A DNA stretch of 63,344 nt, the filler included, from Octopus bimaculoides (Eukaryota), in NCBI RefSeq assembly GCF_001194135.2. It is 4 parts of 4 records of this genome, joined end to end, with 100 filler letters (N's around TTAATTAATTAA, not from the genome) between each part and the next. Parts side by side here need not be neighbours in the genome. Positions count along the whole stretch, not along the records: positions 1 to 24,982 come from NC_068985.1; 3 more parts are not named here. One strand, written 5' to 3'. Both the position numbers and the translations under genes were made by a program. This document shows, one piece after another, positions 10,993 through 22,305 of the stretch; within the stretch, counting starts at the first letter, position 1, and the number at the start of each line of letters is the position of its first letter. The notes below the pieces were generated by a model. The model was not told where the DNA came from. It saw only the letters and a program-made list of their open reading frames with translations, and made no database searches.

Positions 10993-12464
10993 ATATTTTG
11001 GTGATTATTTGGAGAAGGCTTGCCTCTACTTATACAGGAAATATTCTCTATTAGGAATCGATGGATTGGAAAGTAAAAGAGGTGGAGACATTTTCAAAGA
11101 GATGCTACCAGCAATTAAGATTCTCTTTATTACTCTTAAAGAACCAACCATAGAAAGACAAGCATATTTCATTACTAGTTTTGATTCTATGAAAACTTCT
11201 AAAATAGAAGAAATGGAGGACAATATACATAATGGTTGTAGTTTGAATAAAGAATATGAGAAAACCAGGAAGGAACGAGAAGAGAATTACAAACAGTCTT
11301 CGTATGAAAGCAAGCTTATTGCCACTTTACAAAATGAGGATAGAAATTCAAAAGAAGCTAAACAAAGAGTTTCTCCTGTTGATATTTCAGAGGACTCTGG
11401 GATAGTTTTAAGTGAAGAGAGGGTAAACAAGTGTATGGTAGACACTAATGTAGTAACTGAGGTGAGACAGGACAGCTGTAGGATAGACTGTGATACAGTA
11501 ACTAAAGAAAGATGTCCTGAATGTATGGCAGACCCTAATGCAGTAACTAAAGAAAGAGATCCTGAATGTATGGCAGACCCTAATGCAGTAACTAAAGAAA
11601 GAGGTCCTGAATGTATGGCAGACCCTAATGCAGTAACTAAAGATNNNNNNNNNNNNNNNNNNNNNNNNNNNNNNNNNNNNNNNNNNNNNNNNNNNNNNNN
11701 NNNNNNNNNNNNNNNNNNNNNNNNNNNNNNNNNNNNNNNNNNNNNNNNNNNNNNNNNNNNNNNNNNNNNNNNNNNNNNNNNNNNNNNNNNNNNNNNNNNN
11801 NNNNNNNNNNNNNNNNNNNNCTAATGCAGTAACTAAAGAAAGAGATCCTGAATGTATGGCAGACCCTAATGCAGTAACTAAAGAAAGAGGTCCTGAATGT
11901 ATGGCAGACCCTAATGCAGTAACTAAAGAAAGAGATCCTGAATGTATGGCAGACCCTAATGCAGTAACTAAAGAAAGAGATCCTGAATGTATGGCAGACC
12001 CTAATGCAGTAACTAAAGAAAGAGGTCCTGAATGTATGGCAGACCCTAATGCAGTAACTAAAGATAGGGATGACAGATGTGGGGTAGACTGTGATGCAAT
12101 AACTAAAGGGAGAAGTAATGAATGTATGGTAGACAGTAATGCAGTAATTCACAAAACAAAAGACAAATGTACAAAAGACAGCAATGTTTCTCATGCAAAT
12201 AAAAAACAGAATCGTAGAAATGTTGGTTTGCATTCAGATCTGTCTGTGAAAGATTTATCCAACATGTGTTTAGTTAAAGTTAACTATTCAGTAGAGGAAG
12301 AAGATGATGGAGTAAATGTTGAGGATAAGATTAATGATGGTGATGGGCCTGCTAGAGAAGAGAAATATCAGGGGTCTGTGATTAACAGGAATGCTGAGAG
12401 AACATTACGTCATGCTAGACAAAAACAATATGAAGAGAGGAAAACGACGAGACAGAAACAACTG
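10993..12464 (+). CDS. ALPK1: ALPK1-like exon 5: end of NTD plus low-complexity linker with 15-aa repeats; interrupted by N gap 11645-11820
   Basis: TTCCAG acceptor (phase 2, completes CAA) and GTATGT donor at 12465 (phase 0). ORFs 10952-11824 and 11856-12533 are open on both sides of the gap. A single large linker exon is also the ALPK1 layout in vertebrates. Confidence 0.85.
11496..12064 (+). repeat. 45-bp coding minisatellite (AVTKER[D/G/C]PECMADPN)n
   Basis: At least 8 complete near-identical units visible (3 before and 5 after the gap); diverged units extend to about 11420 and 12150. Confidence 0.95.
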
Positions 12465-12549
12465 GTATGTATGCAAATATATTCTTCTGAAAGAGTACAC
12501 ATTACATGTACGAGAATTTACTTATTTATTTAAAGCCGATGATTCACTC

Positions 12550-12553
<4 letters not shown>

Positions 12554-12581
<28 letters not shown>

Positions 12582-12985
12582 GTTTAACGTCCGCTTTCCA
12601 TGCTAGCATGGGTTGGACGATTTGGCTGAGGACTGGTGAACCAGATGGCTACACCAGGCTCCAATCTGATTTGGCAGAGTTTCTACAGCTGGATGTCCTT
12701 CCTAACACCAACCACTCCGAGAGTGTCAGGCAGTACTGGCAACGGCTATGCTCAAAATGGTGTATTTTACGTGCCACCTGCACAGGAGCCAGTCCAGCGG
12801 CACTGGCAACGATCTCACTCGAATGACTTTTCACGTGCCAGTAAGGTGACACTGGTAACAATCATGCTCGAATGGTGCTCTTAGCACACCACTGGTACAG
12901 GTGCCATCAAGATTTCGCTTTCACTTGCCCCAACAGGTCTTCGCAAGCCGAGTTTAGTGTCCAATGAAGGAGACGTTGGCATGGC
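12554..12985 (-). mobile_element. RTE-tail element, antisense, 90 bp downstream of the ALPK1 exon 5 donor
   Basis: (CAT)n-CGTTTAACGTCCGCTTTCCATGCTAGCATGGGTTGGACG is the reverse complement of the family tail at 1-236. Confidence 0.75.
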
Positions 12986-13060
12986 GGTCAGAATTTCCCA
13001 ATTTATGCATTTCACCTGGTAGCACCCCCGCCACATGTATGTATGTATAATAATAATAAC

Positions 13061-13181
13061 AATAATAATAATCCATGAATGGAATTTATAAATATTTTAA
13101 TGCATTTTTACGCACGTTTCCACAAATTATGTAGCGATGCATTAAGATATTTATAAATTCCATCCATGGATTATTATTATT
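13061..13181. repeat. Inverted repeat / hairpin with a ~45-bp stem
   Basis: AATAATAATCCATGAATGGAATTTATAAATATTTTAATGCAT pairs with ATGCATTAAGATATTTATAAATTCCATCCATGGATTATTATT (2 mismatches), with a 31-nt loop. Confidence 0.9.
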
Positions 13182-13196
13182 ATTATTATTATTATT

Positions 13197-13410
13197 AAGG
13201 TGACGAGCTGGCAGAATCATTAGTGCACTGGACAAAATACTTAGTGGTATTTCGTTCGTCACTATGTTCTGAGTTCAAATTCCACCGAGGTCAACTTTAT
13301 CTTTCATCCTTTAGGGGTCGGTAAAATAAGTACCTGTTGAAAACTGGGGTTGATGTAATCAACTCATTCTCTCCCCCGAAATTGCTCCCCTTGTGGCAAA
13401 ATTTGAAACC
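13197..13410 (+). mobile_element. tRNA-headed SINE family A copy
   Basis: AAGGTGACGAGCTGGCAGAATCATTAG...CTGAGTTCAAATTCC... followed by an (ATT)n tail. Confidence 0.75.
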
Positions 13411-13420
13411 GTTACTATTA

Positions 13421-13472
<52 letters not shown>

Positions 13473-14672
13473 TACTACTACAACTACCACTACTATATAT
13501 ATCCTACATTATATCAGTGCAACCCCAAAAAACTGTTATTCATCATCATCATCATCATTTAACGTCTGCCTTCCATGCTAGCATGGGTTGGACGCTTTGA
13601 CTGAGGACTGGCGAGCCAAATNNNNNNNNNNNNNNNNNNNNNNNNNNNNNNNNNNNNNNNNNNNNNNNNNNNNNNNNNNNNNNNNNNNNNNNNNNNNNNN
13701 NNNNNNNNNNNNNNNNNNNNNNNNNNNNNNNNNNNNNNNNNNNNNNNNNNNNNNNNNNNNNNNNNNNNNNNNNNNNNNNNNNNNNNNNNNNNNNNNNNNN
13801 NNNNNNNNNNNNNNNNNNNNNNNNNNNNNNNNNNNNNNNNNNNNNNNNNNNNNNNNNNNNNNNNNNNNNNNNNNNNNNNNNNNNNNNNNNNNNNNNNNNN
13901 NNNNNNNNNNNGGCCGTTTTCGTGCGGGTGACACGTAAAAGCACCCACTACACTCTCTGAGTGGTTGGCGTTAGGAAGGGCATCCAGCTGTAGAAACTCT
14001 GCCAAATCAGACTGGAGCCTGGTGTTGCCATCCGGTTTCACCAGTCCTCAGTCAAATCGTCCAACCCATGCTAGCATGGAAAGCGGACGTTAAACGATGA
14101 TGATGATGATGATGATTCAACAATGTTTCCCATAAGCGAACTGAAAGAATATATTTTTTTTGTTTGCTACCTTCACATGTCTTAGCCAGTATATACACAG
14201 TGAAGCTTTACATCATAAATGTATCAACTGCTATTTCCAGTAAACATTGGTGCTTTGTTGAACCACTACTCTATATTTATATTTCTACCTTTACGGTGCT
14301 TTATTTTACTGGAAATTAATACATTTGTATTGCAATAGTTTATTTTCCATTGGAAACTTTTTCACTGTTCTCGTTCTGTTAACGGCTAAGCGTTCAGGCG
14401 AGTATACTGGCATCGATGTGGCACCATTTGGAATATTGTCTAGGTAAATGCAGCTGATGAAGACTAATCAAATTTACGATGACAAACGTATTTGAAGAGT
14501 NNNNNNNNNNNNNNNNNNNNNNNNNNNNNNNNNNNNNNNNNNNNNNNNNNNNNNNNNNNNNNNNNNNNNNNNNNNNNNNNNNNNNNNNNNNNNNNNNNNN
14601 TGTCTAAGTGTCTAAGTGAATGATGACGATGGTGATATGTGTTCTACTTATTTAATGTTTGTTTACTTACAG

Positions 14673-14880
14673 GTTTACCATGTTCCTCCTAAAGTCCAAG
14701 ACGAGCCTATACTGACCTTCTTATACAATAATCAAGATGGCAGTATACTGACACAATTAACTTTGGATAACATTGGAAAGACTGACCTAACTTATGATGT
14801 ACATGATGGAGATCCTAATTTCAATTGGTCTGATGAGCAGTGCGATAATCTGGACAAGCAGATTATCAATCGACTTCAGA
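14673..14880 (+). CDS. ALPK1: ALPK1-like exon 6 (pre-kinase linker)
   Basis: TTACAG acceptor, GTAAAT donor at 14881. Phase 0 to 1 fits both neighbours; open frame VYHVPPKVQDEP...KQIINRLQ. Confidence 0.8.
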
Positions 14881-15097
14881 GTAAATATCTCTTTTTCTTC
14901 ATTTACATATCTTTTTGAAATAACAAAGAAATCCATAGTTCCAGAAAAAACAACAACACAAGGACGTGGAATAAGTACAGTGTTATTGGGCGCTCAAGAA
15001 AGGAGTGGAGCTCTTCATTAGAAATATAGAAAGCGTCCAAAGAAGGGAAGATGGAGAAAGAAAATCGCCAGTGATACACACGCAGTCACATATTGAA

Positions 15098-15128
<31 letters not shown>

Positions 15129-15843
15129 NNNNNNNNNNNNNNNNNNNNNNNNNNNNNNNNNNNNNNNNNNNNNNNNNNNNNNNNNNNNNNNNNNNNNNNN
15201 NNNNNNNNNNNNNNNNNNNNNNNNNNNNNNNNNNNNNNNNNNNNNNNNNNNNNNNNNNNNNNNNNNNNNNNNNNNNNNNNNNNNNNNNNNNNNNNNNNNN
15301 NNNNNNNNNNNNNNNNNNNNNNNNNNNNNNNNNNNNNNNNNNNNNNNNNNNNNNNNNNNNNNNNNNNNNNNNNNNNNNNNNNNNNNNNNNNNNNNNNNNN
15401 NNNNNNNNNNNNNNNNNNNNNNNNNNNNNNNNNNNNNNNNNNNNNNNNNNNNNNNNNNNNNNNNNNNNNNNNNNNNNNNNNNNNNNNNNNNNNNNNNNNN
15501 NNNNNNNNNNNNNNNNNNNNNNNNNNNNTGCTACAAATACAATAAAGATTCTATAAGTTGTTTCCAAGCCTAATTAATTCAAAACAAAATGAAAAATAAT
15601 CCTTTTGAAATCACAAATTAGGCTTTTCCTCTGGAATTCATTATTGGAATGAATGGGTTCGGCCAACAAAAATATAAAATCTTTTACAATAGCCCAGAAA
15701 GGAGCAAACAATTAAATTCTGATAGAAAGAAATTAACCGAATGCCAGACCAATCAAAACCAGAAAAAATATAAAATCAGCGTTGATTCAAATAACAATTC
15801 ACAATATATAAATACTTATTGATGACATTTGCAATTACCGTCT

Positions 15844-15879
<36 letters not shown>

Positions 15880-16193
15880 TAATTTTATTCTTTGATTGAT
15901 TTCAATCACTGGACTGAAGCTATGCAAATGGAGTGCAATAAATATCTTGAAGAATGTTTATCAATTACTATTTGTTGAACTGTTAAGTTATAAGACAATA
16001 AGGGAGGTGACATAAGCAGTAACATCATGTTTGTTGTTCTTTTAGACTAATATAGGCATAAACACATACAAGAGCATAGATCTATGCAAGCCATGTTTTC
16101 TTTAACTCTGTCACCTTTTCAAATGTAAAACCTGTTTGAATAGATTAACATAGAATAACTGTTCAAATACATTTCTCCGTTGCACCATTCTAG

Positions 16194-16347
16194 AGGCTGT
16201 TTTATACCACTACAACCCAGTGACATCTATGTGGTATATCCAAGACACGATAGTTTATATAAGTAAAGAGCTCTCTGTTGGCAAAAAAGGTGGCTTCCGA
16301 GATGTTTATGAAATGAACTTTTTGCATCAAGACGAACCACTTGGAAG
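16194..16347 (+). CDS. ALPK1: ALPK1-like exon 7 (alpha-kinase N-lobe, P-loop); not in the ORF track
   Basis: TTCTAG acceptor, GTTTGT donor at 16348, phase 1 to 2. KAVLYHYNPVTSMWYIQDTIVYISKELSVGKKGGFRDVYEMNFLHQDEPLGR matches human [51 protein letters not shown]. Confidence 0.92.
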
Positions 16348-16563
16348 GTTTGTATTAATTCATTATTTATTTATTTAATCTGTATTGGAATATAGTTTGT
16401 AGTTCACCCCATTAATAGTCACTTGTTGCTTACATCCAGATTAATGAGATAGATGACCAAATACCAAGCCAACTGAAATGTAATGTAGATATAAATGTTA
16501 AAAAAATGTTTGTCTTGGGAAATGATGTTAACAGAATGTTGATAGACTAAAAAATTATAATCA

Positions 16564-16783
16564 TCTGAGTGGGTGCTGAAAAGTTCCTGGTTTTGGGCAA
16601 AAGAAAATACAGGAGGATCAGTTAATTATGATTTTATTCAACATATTCCCTTCTCAGATTCACATACTTATTGCAGTGGTCCTTCAGTTTTTCTAAGGCC
16701 TGTAAAAGAACTGGGATGGTTGGGCCTCCAACCAGGCCTTCCATGACACCCTTAAAGCCAGGAACTTCTCAGCACCCCCTTGT
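16564..16783. mobile_element. Tc1/mariner-derived MITE in the last ALPK1 intron
   Basis: TIRs GGGTGCTGAAAAGTTCCTGG...CCAGGAACTTCTCAGCACCC. A second copy in the opposite orientation lies at 36879-37095 with TA flanks. Confidence 0.7.
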
Positions 16784-16855
16784 CTTTACTAATTGTATTT
16801 TACTAATTAAACTTTTTTTTGTTTGCTTATGGGTGTATTTTGCGTTTCATTCTAG

Positions 16856-17384
16856 ATATATTTGCAAGCGTTACCGAAAAGAGAAAGATCCACTTGATTA
16901 TATTGATGATGTTAAATGCCAGATGGAAGCAGGCCTTTATGTGACATATTTCAATCAAGCTCTCAAATCTTACCAATCAGATATTCGCATTCATTACCTC
17001 CCTGCTGCTTACATGCATCTGTTAGATGCCAACGGAGATGTAGAGTTCTGGGTAAACATTGAACCATTTGTAAAGGGCGAATTTCTGAAACTGACCAATA
17101 ACTATGATTACTGTAACCCTAGAGGATGTGACATGTCGACAGCTTTTACTCACTTCACATATTTTAAGTCTGCTGGCAAATTAATGGTTGTTGATCTACA
17201 AGGCTGGTTACCAAGTGGTGTACAGAATATAATTTATCTCACAGATCCCCAGTTTCATACCGTTACAGGGGATAGCAGTACATTTGATTTTGGAATTGAT
17301 GGTTTCAAAGTTTTCTTTAATAAGGTTCACCCAAAATGCAATCATATTTGTGAAACACTTAAATTGGAGAGACCAGACTTTTGA
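16856..17384 (+). CDS. ALPK1: ALPK1-like terminal exon 8 (alpha-kinase catalytic core and zinc finger)
   Basis: TTCTAG acceptor (phase 2), TGA stop 17382-17384. Motifs YICKRY, DVKCQM, IEPFVKGEFLKLTNN, FTHFTY, VVDLQGW, YLTDPQFH and HPKCNHIC are alpha-kinase hallmarks; the W and IY inserts are ALPK1-type. Confidence 0.95.
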
Positions 17385-17459
17385 TTTTTTTTTTTCTCTC
17401 TACATGACTTGTATATTTAAAGACTCATATTTCTAATCAAATCATCGTTTTCAACAATG

Positions 17460-18590
17460 GATTGACAGAATTGTTAGCATGTTGGACAAAACAGCTTACA
17501 ATATCTAGTTATAGTCTTTTATGTTCTGAGTTCATATCTTGCCAAGGTTAACTTAGCCTTTCATCATTCTGGGATGATTAAAATAAAGTACTATTCTACT
17601 ATAGGGATCAATTGAATTGACAGAAATTGCTGGTGTGATATAAGCAATAATAATTATTATTATTGTTATATTTGGAGATGATCATATTTTTGCCAATTAA
17701 CCACACACTCTGTATACTTGGTCTTCACTTCAGCTTTATTAGTATGCTTATTTTAGTGCTTTTATCTAAACCTTTCATCACACATCCTGTGACACTCCAT
17801 CCCATGCGTCTCCTCCAGTTCTGTTTAGACTGTTCTCAGGCAATGGGTTGGCAAAATCATTAGATCAATGGGAAACATACCATTCAGTATTTTTTCTGGT
17901 GCTTTACATCCTGAACTCAAACTTCACTGGGTTAACTTTGCCTCTCATCCTACTGGGTCAATAAAATAAAATACCAGTTAAGTACTGGAGTTTATTTAAT
18001 TGACTAGCCTCTTTGCAAATTTGCTGGTTTTGTGCCAGCATTATTAGGAATCATTAATACTGGATAAAATGCCTTGCACTAATTGTTCTGGTTCTTACAT
18101 TCTGAGTTGAAATCCTACCAAGATCAAGGTTGGCTTTCTTCGTTCATGTTCTGGGATGGGTGGTCACTGGTATCATTTTAGTCTTCAAATGTCTTGGCCT
18201 TGTACCTAGATCAGAATAAGATGTTTTTGTTGTTATTATCATCATCATGTCAGAATAATTAGTATGTTGGAAAAACAGCTTAGTGGCATTTCATCTATCT
18301 TTACATTCTGAATTCAAATTCCTCTGAGGCTGACTTTACTTTTCACCCTTTTGTGCTTGATAAAATAAACACTGGTTGAGCACTGGGGTGGGGTGGTGGT
18401 GAATGTAATCAACTAGCCCCCTCACCACAAATTTCAGGCCTCATGCATTTAGTAGAAAGGATTATTATTACTAATATTGTTATTTTAAGGCAATGGTTAG
18501 CAGAATCTATAGAGTACCAAAAAAATGTCCTGCATGTATCTAATTATGTCTCTTTATGTTCTGAGTTTGAAATTCTACTGTAGTTGGCCT
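17460..18590 (+). mobile_element. Cluster of decayed family A SINE copies downstream of the ALPK1 stop
   Basis: Repeated TTCTGAGTT(C/G)AAAT...GCCTTTCATC...GATAAAATAA.TAC...TAGTAGAAAGGATTATT motifs. Confidence 0.65.
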
Positions 18591-18594
18591 AAAC

Positions 18595-18936
18595 CAAAGG
18601 TTCTCAATCATTTTTTACTAATGGACACCTTTCAATTCTATTTTATTCTGGTGGACCCCCATAGCCTTTCGATGTTTTAAATCTCGTTTTATAGAAACCG
18701 CTTTCAAAATTCCTATTTTGTTTTTCACACATTCCCTTGTGTAAGTTGAACAATGTAAATTGTGAGAGAAAAAAAATTTGTTTCCTGCAATACATATTAA
18801 TACATACATCTAAAGCAAATTTTTTTCAGGGTCCTATAATATAAGTGGCTTCCTAATTTACTATTTAGTTTTGTGAACCTCCAAAAATCTTATATGGACT
18901 CTCAGAGGCCACATGGACCTTGGTTGAGAACCATTG
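18595..18936. mobile_element. hAT-type MITE with a perfect 8-bp TSD
   Basis: GCCTAAAC|CAAAGGTTCTCAA...TTGAGAACCATTG|GCCTAAAC. Confidence 0.85.
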
Positions 18937-19856
18937 GCCTAAACTTTAATCCGTCATAAATCATTAAAATCTCACAAAAGATACCATGAATACTACCAAA
19001 ATTTTATCAAAGTAAAACAAAAGAGTATATTGGCCTTGTTGGCACCTTATAAATCTGCCACCCTCACAATTTCTCCATCACTACTGCCACTGCTATGAGC
19101 AAAATGCTTAGCTGTATTTTGTCCATCTTTACATTCCGAGTTCAAATTCTGCTGAGGTCAACTTAACCTTTCATCCTTTTGGGGTTGATAAATCACAAAA
19201 GTTTTATGTAAAATGAGTGCTTTTTCACTAAGATTAAAAGTACATATAGTTCATGGTATTATACCTCAAAGTTATGAGCAAATGTACATTTTTTTATATG
19301 CTTGTATGTATTTGTCTATGCATTCTTATATGTGTGTGCATGTTTATATATATGTATACATGGGTGCATGTGTTTTTCACAAATCTCAAACTGCCAACTG
19401 CTCAAATTTGACATTACTTTTGTCAATACCAAACATGTCTTCTTCTTTCCATGTAGGCTGTGTCATGATCTTCTTAAATGTGAAAAATTAGTTCATGATT
19501 CACTGAAGAATCATTATCATTTTACATTTGTTTTTCCATGTTGGAATGAGTCAGCTAGGGTTCACAGCATCTACACCCTTCATTATTTCTCACACACAGC
19601 AACTGACAAAATTGGCCATTTTGTTGTTGTGTTTGTCTTGTTTTTGATATAGTATTTCGTGCTTGATTACTCTGCCTATCATCAATTCTTTTTACTCTAT
19701 ACTGTGGGTGTATCTTAGCATACCACTGGCACTAGAAATATTGGTTGTTTGCAGCAGAACAAAAGACTCTTCTCTACCTTCTAGCAATGCTTGTTATTCA
19801 GAGTTACCAATCTCTTAGATGGGTTGCCTGCACTTAGGCTTGAGGCTTGCAGAGTG

Positions 19857-19888
<32 letters not shown>

Positions 19889-21054
19889 TACACATTCATA
19901 CATATATATTTACTCATGCATGCATGTATCTGTGTGTGTGTGTGTGCGTGCGTGCATGTGTGTTTGTGTGTGTGTGTGTGTGTGTGTATGCATGTTTGTG
20001 GTGGGAAGTACCTTTGTGTTTGTGTTTGCTATTAAATATTTATATTTTGTATTTTTATATTTTTGACTCAATATATACAAAGTGGCCCAAAAGTAGGTTT
20101 ACAGTTATTCAACTATATCTTTCGCATTCATATATTAACAGTTTAGATCTTAATTGTAAATAAATATGAAACCATTATTTTATGCTAATTTAGTTAATTG
20201 TAAGATAGAAATTTAAATGTAATAAAATGTTTTAAAAGAAATTTAAAGTGCCTACATGATAACTGTAAACCTACTTTTAGGACACTCTATACATATTAAA
20301 CTCTCATTCATGAAATTACAATTTTTCAAACTATTAACATGACGCCAGATTAGTTACTATACTACATAGATATCTAGAAATAAGACACCTGATGGTTATT
20401 CAAGATCAAACTCGTTGTAATGAAGTGTAGATTTAAATATTGAAATATTTTTTCATCTTTAAAGACTAGTTGAAAAGTTTGAAAAATTATATAATTTCAT
20501 TGATAATGACTCATCTTAGACAGTTAATATTGATAACATTTTACGTTGTATAAAGCAGTATTTAACACTTTAATATTCAAATTGGTCATATCTTGCCAAA
20601 ATATTTAACCAGTTCTATGTTGAAATTGACCAGATCTAGCCTTTCACACCAACATTACAATGTCATTCTATAACTAAAGAATCACTTCATTGAAATCTCT
20701 AAACTACAAGATAATGCATTATTAATTGCATTATTAATTCAAAACAATGTGAATAAACAAGTATCACGTTTGACAGAGTAATCTGAATGTGAAAGGGTTA
20801 AGTTGATTATATATTTATCATGTTAAGCTTATCTTGTTTTGGTAGTCATTCCCATGTAACAGCTAACCTTCAGGTTATTTACCTTCAAATTTACTTGCTA
20901 TTTTATGTTGTTTTAATTGTTGATCTTGTATTTTATTTGCTTGATATTTTATTTGTTGATTATGTATTGAATAAAAGAAAAAAGAAAAGCTGTTTGAAAT
21001 ATAGAATGAAATAAAATATTCTATGAACAAAAGACATTATTATTATTATTGAAT

Positions 21055-21545
21055 GTGAGAGAAGTGACACTAGGGTATAAATATATGAAGTGCAGTATAA
21101 AGTCCAGTATACCCACCATGATTACCTATCTGATAATGGTACACCAGGCATATGCATCACAGCCGTATGTGCATGACATGGCAACCTCACATCAAGGTAA
21201 ACGGTGCATGACTTTGAATGTGGAGTCCAGTTAGAATCTCCTTCAAGCACATAGCCCTTTCTGCTCAAAAGGTCCCTGAATAAGGGTTGTTTAAGAATGG
21301 TGAATTATTCAAACCTCAATGCTCCCCCACTGCTCATGATCAGAGTTGCATTTATCATCAGCCACTAAGAAACATGGTCAACAGTTTAGCAACTGACAAG
21401 CAAATCTGTGGGACTGAGCAGAAAGCAAAGTATTTGCTGTAGACCATCTTTTATACTAAGATAAAACATATACATGTTAACACTTCCAGTCAGTTAAGAT
21501 AAGAAGACATGAGAGCCACTGCCTGATACTGCATCAGGGCATTAT
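21055..21545 (+). mobile_element. Interspersed repeat (SINE-like family D) ending GCATCAGGGCATTATCATTATT
   Basis: A-rich microsatellite tail; the internal segment recurs in reverse at 27195-27330. Confidence 0.5.
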
Positions 21546-21801
21546 CATTATTATTATTACTATAATTGCAAAAATTTCATGGGTTCGTAAAGTTTGCCGC
21601 AAACAATTTTGCTACACAAAAAATATTGTTGAATGAATAAAGAAGTTTTAAATGAGTTAAGAAATTGCCTTACCCCTTTTTATTAGTTGAAACAATTATA
21701 TACTAAGGGGAGCAACTCATCTTTTGTCTTGCGGCAGAATTTCCTCTGAAGCGAACTTTCCAACAGCCAAAAATCCTGAGGCTAACTTTCCTAGAAGCGA
21801 G

Positions 21802-22305
21802 AGAATTGCTTCCCCTGGAATCTATCTCGTTGTAGTTACTTCCCTTCATATAACTAACAATGATTTCATATTGAGTATTTAAAAAATCTTACACAAGCCT
21901 CATATTTACAGAAATAAATGGAAAGTTGTGACGTTCACTCTTCTTCCCATTGAATTATAAACATAATTCAAGTCAAATTTACGTCGCCAGGACAACAGTC
22001 AGTAAAAGTCTCGGTTTGTTGCATCTGCAACTTAGAAATTATTACGAATTGACGTATTTACTCGGTTCTAGAAAAGTTTGCTGCAAATATTTTTGCAGCA
22101 GGAAAATTTGCCTCAAGATTTGAATTATGTTTATAATTCAATAGGTAAAAGAGTGAACGTCACAATTTCCCATTTATTTCCGTAAATATGAGGCTTTGTG
22201 TGTGGAATATAAGACCCGGATTTTTTAAATACTCAATATGAAATCATTGCTATTTATATGAAGGGAGGTAACTACAACGAGATAGATTCCAAGGAAGGCA
22301 ATTCT
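21802..22305. mobile_element. Foldback/MITE-like element with ~170-bp inverted arms
   Basis: AGAATTGCTTCCCCTGGAATCTATCTCGTTGTAGTTAC...TTGAATTATAAACATAATTCAA mirrored by TTGAATTATGTTTATAATTCAA...GTAACTACAACGAGATAGATTCCAAGGAAGGCAATTCT. Confidence 0.8.

Noticed and set aside
11645-11820. Apparent frameshift between the ORFs on either side of the gap in ALPK1 exon 5
   Set aside because: The gap length is an estimate and is not a multiple of the 45-bp unit, so it is not evidence of pseudogenisation.
16671-16855. N-terminal extension of ORF 16671-17384
   Set aside because: It is intronic (mariner MITE plus polypyrimidine tract); kinase homology starts at the acceptor at 16856.
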